Shown: positions 18,809-26,468 of the stretch, piece by piece
How positions within the stretch are numbered: position 1 is the stretch's first letter
Layout: each line of letters begins with the position of its first letter
Assembly: GCA_020635085.1 (NCBI GenBank)
Contig: JACKAL010000001.1
Coordinates: forward strand, 221,318 to 285,317
Direction: 5' to 3'
From: Pseudobdellovibrionaceae bacterium
GTDB taxonomy: Bacteria; Bdellovibrionota; Bdellovibrionia; Bdellovibrionales; JAGQZY01
DNA: 64,000 nt
Program-made: the position numbers and the translations under genes
Notes under the pieces: model-generated
Told to the model about the DNA's origin: nothing
Seen by the model: only the letters and a program-made list of their open reading frames with translations
Databases searched by the model: none

Positions 18809-19741
18809 ATGAAAATTTCTATTGTTACTTCTCTTTATCAATCACAAAAATTTGTGATTGAGTTTTATGAAAGACATAAGAAGTGTATTGAAAAGATAAA
18901 TTTATCTTATGAGTTTATCTTTGTTAACGATGGTTCGCCTGATAATTCATCGGAAATGGTAAAGCAGCTTCGAAGCCACGACGACAACGTGAAGCTTATT
19001 GATTTGTCGCGTAACTTTGGCCAGCACGCGGCTATGTATGCAGCTCTGTATTATTCGACGGGAGATTTGGTAATGGCTTTAGACTGCGATTTAGAAGAGG
19101 AACCAGAAAACATTTTGGGTATGTATTTATTAATGCAAGGCAATAATACTATTGATGTTGTGTATGGAGTTACGGCTACTCGTAGTGGTGGGTTTCTTAG
19201 AAATTATATGGGAACCATGTTTTATAAATTATTGAATCTAGTTTCAGAGGTAAAAATTCCTAGAGATCAAGCATGGCAACGACTTATGAAGCGAGTATAT
19301 GTAGACTCCTTATTGCAATATACTGAAACTGAATCTCTTCCTGCTGGGCTTATGGCGCTAGCTGGATTCTGCCAGGTGCCATTTCTTATTGAAAAACCTT
19401 ATAAGGGTACCACCAGTTACTCGTTTCGAAGGCGTTGGGCTTTAGCATTAAATTCCATACTCTCATTTTCATCAAAACCTCTCATTTTTATTTGTGTTAG
19501 TGGTCTGATAATTACAACATTAAGTGCTGCCGCTGGTGTTATTATGTTATTTGCAAAACTCCTGCACTACAATTTTCAGACGGGTTGGTTGTCTTTATTT
19601 TTATCGATTTGGTTTATTGGTGGGCTAAATCTATTTTCATTGGGTATTATTGGTCTTTATTTAGCAAAAATATTTAATCAAGTGAAAGCCCGTCCGAAAT
19701 TTCTTGTCAAATCATTTGAGGGTATAGCCGATAGAACATGA
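18809..19741 (+). CDS. GT2 polyprenyl-phosphate glycosyltransferase-like (GtrB/ArnC/DPM1 layout)
   Basis: ISIVTSLYQS, FVNDGSPDNS and LDCDLEE (DxD) GT-A motifs, plus two C-terminal TM helices (IFICVSGLIITTLSAAAGVIML and LSLFLSIWFIGGLNLFSLGIIGLYL). Confidence 0.85.
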   Translation: MKISIVTSLYQSQKFVIEFYERHKKCIEKINLSYEFIFVNDGSPDNSSEMVKQLRSHDDNVKLIDLSRNFGQHAAMYAALYYSTGDLVMALDCDLEEEPENILGMYLLMQGNNTIDVVYGVTATRSGGFLRNYMGTMFYKLLNLVSEVKIPRDQAWQRLMKRVYVDSLLQYTETESLPAGLMALAGFCQVPFLIEKPYKGTTSYSFRRRWALALNSILSFSSKPLIFICVSGLIITTLSAAAGVIMLFAKLLHYNFQTGWLSLFLSIWFIGGLNLFSLGIIGLYLAKIFNQVKARPKFLVKSFEGIADRT

Positions 19742-21669
19742 CAAATAATTCGAAAAGATTATTTTTTTATATCTCGCTTTCAATTTTTTTTTGCAGCCGA
19801 CTGTGGATGATCCTTGCTTCAGCTCATATAATGGGTATCCCTAGGCTAGGGGATGATGCACTCTTATATGTATCTAAAGGGGTTGGTTTTTACAACAATT
19901 ATAGTCACGGCAGTAAAATGGAGAACTCATTAAATAGACAATATTTACTTGCGACTGATGGGAAGCGTTTATCAGAAGAGGAATCTCGCCTATTTTGGAG
20001 AGTCGCAAATCAAGTCTCGGGAGGCGCGACATTTTCATACGACTGGATGACGGGTTTGGTTTATAAGTATACAGAGAGCTCTAAATGGACTTTTGCTGTA
20101 ATGGAGATAATTGTTACTATCTTTATGACATTTGGCATCGGTTTTTTTCTATGGTCTTTATGGGGTGAGGAAATAGCATCGTTAACGCTTCTACCACTTA
20201 GTTTTATTCTGCTTCCGGCACAAGGTATACATTATTTGATTCCTAGTACGCTTGCTCTTTCTATAGGTTTTTACTTGATCGCACGGTCATTAAAATCATC
20301 AAATTACTATTTATTTTTTATGTTATCACTGATTCTTGCATTCTTACATAACGTTGCCTATGTGTGGATCTCTGTAGCAGCATGTGTTCTTATTGCGCGA
20401 ATATTCATGTCTCAAATTGCTGAAGTGAATAAAAAAGAAATTTTTTTATCGGTGACAGCACTGTTGTTTCCGATGAGCATTAAAATTCTTTTAGTAAAAA
20501 TTTCCCCTTTTTTAGCAATTTCATATAGCAAATATATATATTCTTCCAGTGGATTTTTACAGATTTTGCAAACCAATATACTTGGTTTTCTAAACTATTT
20601 TGCAAAAATTCCTCGTACCGAACAGATTTTTTTAAGCTCCTGTGGTGTCTTATTTTTTGTAAACTGTGTTCGTTTGATAAAAGCTAATAGCCAATCACTA
20701 GTTTTGATAGATGTACTTTTTGTTGCTGTGTTCGTCACTAGTTTTTTTGTTAATATTCCGTATTACAATGGTGAAGTTAGCGTTCGAATGTACACGGCGT
20801 TAAGTATACTGCTCATAGCGAATAGCCTTGATTTAGTTTTGTATTATATTGCTTCTCGAAAAAAACTAATTTTTTTTCTCACTTTGTCTATGCTTGTAAT
20901 GAGCTCAGCTTTTGCTTTTGAGTTTGTTGATTATGTTCAATCGAATTTTAACAGACCATACGTTTTTGATGAGGCTAAAGCTAAAAAAGATGTTCAAATA
21001 TTGAAGAAGAAAGGTAAGCCATTCTTGCTTTTGGAGACGGAGTATTCACTAAGATTATTGAGTATTTTAGAGGCTGATCAATTCAATTATTTTTTTTGGC
21101 CTTTAATTCAATCAGGTTCTTTAGATGAAATTAAAGAACATTCTGTTATTCTGGCTTTTCCTGTATATAGAAGTCTTGTTACTCAAAGTTTTGATCGAGA
21201 GCAACCCTTTGGTTCTCATTTCAACGGAATTTCTATGAATCTCATTTCTGAGATTTCTATTATAGGAAATCGCATACAAGAGTTGGCAATAGATGTTGAA
21301 GCTAAATCTGAGACCGCTATATTTGAGATTGAAGATAGTAGAGGATCTAGACGTATCATTATTCCTTCTAAACAAAAAGTGCGTATATCGACCTCAAGTA
21401 AGTTTACAATTAAAGAATCTAATGATAGTGGGGCTTTGGTTGGAATAAATATGGGAAATAATCAAAAAAGTTTATGGCCATGGGGGCAAGAGGTGAAACT
21501 TTTTATTAAAACAACCGAGCGCTCTATTCCGAATTATATTGAGTACGATTTTTCTTTGCGACGGGTTTTACAAGAGTATGATGCCCAAAAGATTGAAAGA
21601 ATTATAAAAAATTTTAACCCGATTGATGATTCATCTGGAATTGTTTTTGGAGTTGTAAATTGGAAATAG
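19738..21669 (+). CDS. 643-aa polytopic membrane protein with a large C-terminal soluble domain; GT-C-like candidate
   Basis: ATGA overlap with the GT2 gene. TM1 is followed by RLGDDALLY (acidic motif in the first loop, as in GT-C enzymes). About 10 further hydrophobic segments run to residue ~400, then ~240 hydrophilic residues. Confidence 0.55.
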   Translation: MTNNSKRLFFYISLSIFFCSRLWMILASAHIMGIPRLGDDALLYVSKGVGFYNNYSHGSKMENSLNRQYLLATDGKRLSEEESRLFWRVANQVSGGATFSYDWMTGLVYKYTESSKWTFAVMEIIVTIFMTFGIGFFLWSLWGEEIASLTLLPLSFILLPAQGIHYLIPSTLALSIGFYLIARSLKSSNYYLFFMLSLILAFLHNVAYVWISVAACVLIARIFMSQIAEVNKKEIFLSVTALLFPMSIKILLVKISPFLAISYSKYIYSSSGFLQILQTNILGFLNYFAKIPRTEQIFLSSCGVLFFVNCVRLIKANSQSLVLIDVLFVAVFVTSFFVNIPYYNGEVSVRMYTALSILLIANSLDLVLYYIASRKKLIFFLTLSMLVMSSAFAFEFVDYVQSNFNRPYVFDEAKAKKDVQILKKKGKPFLLLETEYSLRLLSILEADQFNYFFWPLIQSGSLDEIKEHSVILAFPVYRSLVTQSFDREQPFGSHFNGISMNLISEISIIGNRIQELAIDVEAKSETAIFEIEDSRGSRRIIIPSKQKVRISTSSKFTIKESNDSGALVGINMGNNQKSLWPWGQEVKLFIKTTERSIPNYIEYDFSLRRVLQEYDAQKIERIIKNFNPIDDSSGIVFGVVNWK

Positions 21670-22442
21670 GATGCTGTAAAAAGAAAAAGATACAAAAAAT
21701 TTTTAATCATAGTTATAAACAAAAACTAGTTGTGTCTACAGAAGAAGTTCCAGTTTTTCAACAGAACTTAAAAAAGTTAGGATCGTTTTATTATTTTTTA
21801 GTTCGAGTTCTTGGGCCGGTATTAAATCATCCGATGAATAAAAAGCAGTTGGACTCTATTTGTGCTCGGTTTGGAGAAGAGAGTATCATTTTGAATATCG
21901 GTAGCGGACCTGTTCGCGTTTTGAAACGAGAAGATATTATTAATTTAGATGTTACACCCTATAATGAGGTAGATATTCTTATTGAATCTGAAGAATTACC
22001 TATAAAATCTAACGTAGTAGATTTAATTATTAATATTGCAGTCTTGGAGCATGTCCCAAATCCCGATGAAATGGTGAGCGAGATTTATCGTTGTCTTAAG
22101 CCTGGTGGATATGCATTTATATTCGTTCCTTTTATGCAACCTTTTCATGCAGCTCCGCATGATTTTATGCGTTGGACTAAAGCTGGAGTAATGAAATTAT
22201 TCTCTGGGTTTAAAATTGATTCTGTTTGGATTGGCGGTGGGCCTACTAGTGGATGGTTGTGGGTTTTTCAAGAGTGGCTTGCTCTTATATTTTCTTTTGG
22301 TCTAAAGGCTCTTTATCAGCCCTTGCTTTACTTTTTTATGATTGTAACGTCTCCATTGAAGTTATTAGATCTTGTGTTGATCTACCACCCTCACGCGGAC
22401 AAAATTGCGAGTGGTTTTTATATTTTAGTTCAGAAAGAGTAA
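21660..22442 (+). CDS. type-11 SAM methyltransferase with hydrophobic C-terminal tail (start codon uncertain)
   Basis: ILNIGSGPVR (motif I) and LEHVPNPDEMVSEIYRCLKPGGYAFIF. The ORF-track start is a TTG and there is no early ATG. Confidence 0.72.
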   Translation: MEIGCCKKKKIQKIFNHSYKQKLVVSTEEVPVFQQNLKKLGSFYYFLVRVLGPVLNHPMNKKQLDSICARFGEESIILNIGSGPVRVLKREDIINLDVTPYNEVDILIESEELPIKSNVVDLIINIAVLEHVPNPDEMVSEIYRCLKPGGYAFIFVPFMQPFHAAPHDFMRWTKAGVMKLFSGFKIDSVWIGGGPTSGWLWVFQEWLALIFSFGLKALYQPLLYFFMIVTSPLKLLDLVLIYHPHADKIASGFYILVQKE

Positions 22443-22447
22443 TTTCA

Positions 22448-23380
22448 ATGGCAAGCTTTTTAAAAGAACGATTCACTGTCAGATTAAGCGTTTGGGTCAG
22501 GTATCTTTTTGGTGGTATTTTGATTTTTCTACTCTTGCATAAATTTGACTTATCTCAATCAATATCTATTTTTCACATTTCATTTAAGGCCTATATTATA
22601 TGGTTTGCATTTAAGTTAGTAATTTACTTTATATTAGCTATGCGTTGGCAACTTATTTTACATGAGCTGAATTACAAGATTAGCTTAGGGCAGATATTTT
22701 TCTTAAATTCTTTAGGATTGGCTGCCGGCTATATTTTTCCTGGAGCTGCGGCAACAGATTTTGGAAAAGGATATTTTGCGTATAAGCATGTTCCTTCTAT
22801 TAAGATATTAGCTCTTTCACTTTTTGTAGATCGTGTTTCAGGGTTATTATCTATATTAATCATACTTTCCGTAGGTATTTATCTCAATCAAGAAGCATAT
22901 GTACATTTAAAGCAGATTATAAATGTTAAATATCTACAGTTTTTAATTATAATTTTTATTACAATTACAGTTGGTATAATATTGTTACCTAAAACTAAAC
23001 ATTATTTTAGAGCTCGGATATCACTTTTTGAGCATATATCTAAAATGAGATCAAAAAGACTGTGGGGGAGTTCTCTTCTTCTTAGTCTAATAAGCCATCT
23101 GATTTTTCTTACATTAATTGTTAATATTGGATATTTTGTAAACTTAGAGCAAGTTAATTGGACAAGTGTTTCTGTCGCATTTCCATTATCGTCTTTAACA
23201 ATGCTGATTCCGACAACGCCTGGGGCCGTAGGTGTGGGGCAGGTTGTTTATAAGTATTTGTTAGATTTTTTAACAAGCACATCGAGTTCCGATGGGATTG
23301 TGATCTTCACATTACTTCAGATAACAGATCTACCTTTTGTGGTGTTGGGACTTGGTTATTTTATATATAACAAAGAATAG
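22448..23380 (+). CDS. flippase-like polytopic protein (LPG-synthase-TM/YbhN-type)
   Basis: ATG 22448 (MASFLKERF) lies 5 nt after the upstream stop. About 8 TM segments. I recall this family riding with GtrB-like GT2 genes. The earlier ORF-track start 22253 overlaps the previous gene out of frame. Confidence 0.55.
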   Translation: MASFLKERFTVRLSVWVRYLFGGILIFLLLHKFDLSQSISIFHISFKAYIIWFAFKLVIYFILAMRWQLILHELNYKISLGQIFFLNSLGLAAGYIFPGAAATDFGKGYFAYKHVPSIKILALSLFVDRVSGLLSILIILSVGIYLNQEAYVHLKQIINVKYLQFLIIIFITITVGIILLPKTKHYFRARISLFEHISKMRSKRLWGSSLLLSLISHLIFLTLIVNIGYFVNLEQVNWTSVSVAFPLSSLTMLIPTTPGAVGVGQVVYKYLLDFLTSTSSSDGIVIFTLLQITDLPFVVLGLGYFIYNKE

Positions 23381-23471
23381 GCCGTAATTGTTGTTTTTTC
23401 GATCGCTTAAAATTGGAAAATACCTATCTTGGTTTGCCCAAGAGATCAATCATCTACTGATTAAAAAATTT

Positions 23472-24317
23472 TTAGATACCAATTCGCTCATAAATAATCG
23501 GTTTTGCGATCTTGAGTAAGATGGCCCCAATAGAAAAACATATGAGTGTTATCGAGATCGCCATGAGGTCTGGTAGCCAAATATGCTCGTCTGGAAAAAT
23601 AAGAGAAGATCGAATCTGAATAAGGGAAAAGCTCAACGGATTATAGCGATTGATCTTTGCCAGTAAGCCTGTGCCAACAGATTTATAGAAGACAGGTGTG
23701 CAGAAGAGCAAGAAGCTCAAGAAATAGGTGAACATTTTACTGAAGTCTTGAACCATGATTCCTAAAGGGGCAATGAGGAGTCCTAAAGAATATCCATATA
23801 AGATAAAAAGAATAGCATATAAAAATGAGGCTATCGTGAACTCAACCCCAGGTAATTTATAAAAAAAGAGGAGCACTCCGAGGATAATGATATGACGAAG
23901 TAGTGCAAAGAGTAGTACTTCGAAGAATTTGGAAAAAACATAGGTTTCCACGGGGACATTGATTTTAAGAAAATATTTTTTACTTTTCTGAAGAGTCATC
24001 AATGGGGCTTGAATGGCATCGGCAAAATTTTGCCATGAAAAAAGGCCAACCAACAAAAACACAAAAGTAGGTACCGTTGCAGACTCCACATTGGTTGATA
24101 CAATTTGCGCATGTTCTGCCAAGATATACGAAGCAATCAGGAAAAGAGAGGGAATAATGGCCCAAAAGACACCTAAAAAAGCTTCTCTGTAGGTAGATTT
24201 AAAGTCGGAAACGAAAAGGTTCTTTCCTATCACCAGAGCGGAAATGAGATCAGATGAAAAGCTATTCCAAAACTTTTTTGTTTTAAGTGGATTACGGGAC
24301 GAGTAAAAAATCTCCAT
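23472..24317 (-). CDS. wzm: ABC-2 type polysaccharide export permease
   Basis: 281 aa with 6 TM segments in an ABC-2 layout. Divergent from the ATPase gene. Confidence 0.85.
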   Translation of the reverse strand: MEIFYSSRNPLKTKKFWNSFSSDLISALVIGKNLFVSDFKSTYREAFLGVFWAIIPSLFLIASYILAEHAQIVSTNVESATVPTFVFLLVGLFSWQNFADAIQAPLMTLQKSKKYFLKINVPVETYVFSKFFEVLLFALLRHIIILGVLLFFYKLPGVEFTIASFLYAILFILYGYSLGLLIAPLGIMVQDFSKMFTYFLSFLLFCTPVFYKSVGTGLLAKINRYNPLSFSLIQIRSSLIFPDEHIWLPDLMAISITLICFSIGAILLKIAKPIIYERIGI

Positions 24318-24367
24318 GGAAGAGGGATAATAATTAGTTTACTTGCAAAAAAAGTCAACGTAAGTTG

Positions 24368-25597
24368 ATGGCAATGAAGCCAATTGTCGAGGGTCATAGT
24401 ATTTCGAAAAAATTTTGCAGAGAGTACAAGCGATCTATTCGCTATGGATTTGCTGATATTTTTCGAACGATCGCCCTTCGCGAATCGCCAGAGCGGTTGC
24501 GTCAAGGGGAGTTCTGGGCCGTAAGAGATGTTTCTTTGAATGTTGGAGAGGGGGAAGCTCTCGGTATCATGGGTGTTAACGGAAGTGGTAAAACAACTCT
24601 GCTTCGCATTGTGTCAGGCTTTCTAAAGCCGGATCGTGGTTCTGTCACGGTGAGAGGTCGGGTATCACCGATCTTTGCACGCGGTGCAGGTTTTGATCCT
24701 GTGCTTACGGGTTATGAAAATATAAGGTTGTGTTTATCCATGCTGGGCTTGGATAAACAGCGTATTCCATCTAAGGTGGAGCCGATTATCGATTTTTCTG
24801 AATTGGCTCCAGATGCCTTGGCGGCCCCAATTAAAACTTACAGTTCGGGGATGCTCGCGCGCCTCGGTTTTTCCTGTGTGGTCAATAGCGATCCGTCTTT
24901 GTTAATTATCGATGAGGCGCTTGCTGTTGGGGATATGAAATTTCGCACTAAATGTTATCGTCGATTGGGGGAGTTAAAGAATGAGGGGACCTCATTCGTA
25001 ATGGTTTCCCATAGTCCGAATGCCATGATGCAGGTCTGCGACCGCGCTATTTATTTACGCAAAGGTCGTATGGCCTATGAGGGTGACGTCGAAGAGGCAT
25101 TAAAAAGATATGAGTCCGATGAAGAACACCGTATCGCGATGAAGATGATTCACAAGGCAGAAGAGTACGAATCATTAAGTCGAGATCACAGTCGTTTTCT
25201 TATAGAAGATTTTTCTAGTGCGGATATGGACGAGGGTAAGTTTATTGGAAAAACGGGAAGAGATTTGAACATGAAAATCCTGTTTTTGGCGAAACAACGT
25301 ATTGGTAATTTACATTTGCATTTGATTATTCGCAGTGTACGTGAGCCCGATATCAATTTTATTCATCAGGTACATGAGGTAGGACCAGCGACTGAAGGTA
25401 AGGGTTCGGTAGATGTGGTTTTGCCGAAGCTTTCTTTGCGCCCCGGAGATTATATTATTAAGATGTTTTTCACATCAGAAGATCATCTGCAGTTTTTGGA
25501 TTTTAAAGAGAGAACACAATTAAAAGTGATGAAGGAAGAGTATTTCCGGGGATCACATTATCAAGAGTTAAGCCTTCATTTGCATGGACATCAATAA
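24368..25597 (+). CDS. wzt: polysaccharide export ABC ATPase with C-terminal extension (Wzt/TagH type)
   Basis: Walker A GVNGSGKTTLLR, signature YSSGMLARLGF and Walker B LLIIDEALAVGD. About 160 extra C-terminal residues lie where Wzt carbohydrate-binding domains are found. Confidence 0.9.
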   Translation: MAMKPIVEGHSISKKFCREYKRSIRYGFADIFRTIALRESPERLRQGEFWAVRDVSLNVGEGEALGIMGVNGSGKTTLLRIVSGFLKPDRGSVTVRGRVSPIFARGAGFDPVLTGYENIRLCLSMLGLDKQRIPSKVEPIIDFSELAPDALAAPIKTYSSGMLARLGFSCVVNSDPSLLIIDEALAVGDMKFRTKCYRRLGELKNEGTSFVMVSHSPNAMMQVCDRAIYLRKGRMAYEGDVEEALKRYESDEEHRIAMKMIHKAEEYESLSRDHSRFLIEDFSSADMDEGKFIGKTGRDLNMKILFLAKQRIGNLHLHLIIRSVREPDINFIHQVHEVGPATEGKGSVDVVLPKLSLRPGDYIIKMFFTSEDHLQFLDFKERTQLKVMKEEYFRGSHYQELSLHLHGHQ

Positions 25598-26463
25598 TGG
25601 ATACTAGCAGAATCGTCGTTATCGGTAAAAGTGGGCAATTGGCAAGGGCCTTTCAGGATATTTTACCGGCAAGCACCATTTTTTTATCGCGAGAAGATCT
25701 CAATCTTTTAGACACTCAGAAAATTTATCCGACTTTAATGGAGTTGCGTCCATCGTGTGTGATTTGTGCCGCGGCCTACACACAGGTTGATCTAGCGGAA
25801 AGCCATTCTCAGGAAGCAGAAACTATTAATGCCCTGGCCCCTTTTGAGGCAGCGCGCGCCTGTGCTCAGTTGGATATCCCATTGGTTCATTTTTCTACGG
25901 ACTATGTTTTTGATGGTCAATCGACAATTCCCTATAAAGAAGAAGATGTTCCGCACCCCTTAAATGTTTATGGCAGTTCGAAGCTCAATGGAGAGAGACT
26001 TGTTCAAAAAACCTGGCCGAAGCATCTTATTTTTCGAGTCACATGGTTATACTCTGAGTACGGAAAAAATTTTTTGAATACCATGTTACGTTTAGGGAAA
26101 GAGAGAGAAGCTTTGCGTGTGGTTCATGATCAAGTCGGATCTCCCACCTATGTTGCAGATGTCGCACATGCGGTGAATGCTTTGCTGCAAAAAGAGAATA
26201 TCCAATGGGGATTGTACCATTTAACCAATGCGGGACGGGCTTCATGGTACGAATTTGCTCAAGAAATATTTGCATTGGCTCGTCAGCATTCTCTTCCTCT
26301 GCAGGTTAGAGAGGTGCAGCCCATTGCGACGACGGAGTATCCAACTCCTGCCCAGCGCCCACAGCTTTCGTTGCTTTCAAATCAGAAGTACGAAAATGAG
26401 TTTCATCATACGTTGCGCCACTGGAAGGTGGCATTGGCAGACTGCATGCAGAAGAGTTTATAA
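25597..26463 (+). CDS. rfbD: dTDP-4-dehydrorhamnose reductase
   Basis: VVIGKSGQLA, YGSSKLNGE (YxxxK) and GSPTYV, 288 aa. TAATG overlap with the wzt stop. Confidence 0.9.
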   Translation: MDTSRIVVIGKSGQLARAFQDILPASTIFLSREDLNLLDTQKIYPTLMELRPSCVICAAAYTQVDLAESHSQEAETINALAPFEAARACAQLDIPLVHFSTDYVFDGQSTIPYKEEDVPHPLNVYGSSKLNGERLVQKTWPKHLIFRVTWLYSEYGKNFLNTMLRLGKEREALRVVHDQVGSPTYVADVAHAVNALLQKENIQWGLYHLTNAGRASWYEFAQEIFALARQHSLPLQVREVQPIATTEYPTPAQRPQLSLLSNQKYENEFHHTLRHWKVALADCMQKSL

Positions 26464-26468
26464 GTGCA

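Noticed and set aside
22253-22447. N-terminal 65-aa extension of the flippase-like ORF
   Set aside because: It overlaps the preceding methyltransferase gene out of frame by 190 nt. ATG 22448, 5 nt after that gene's stop, gives a sensible N-terminus.
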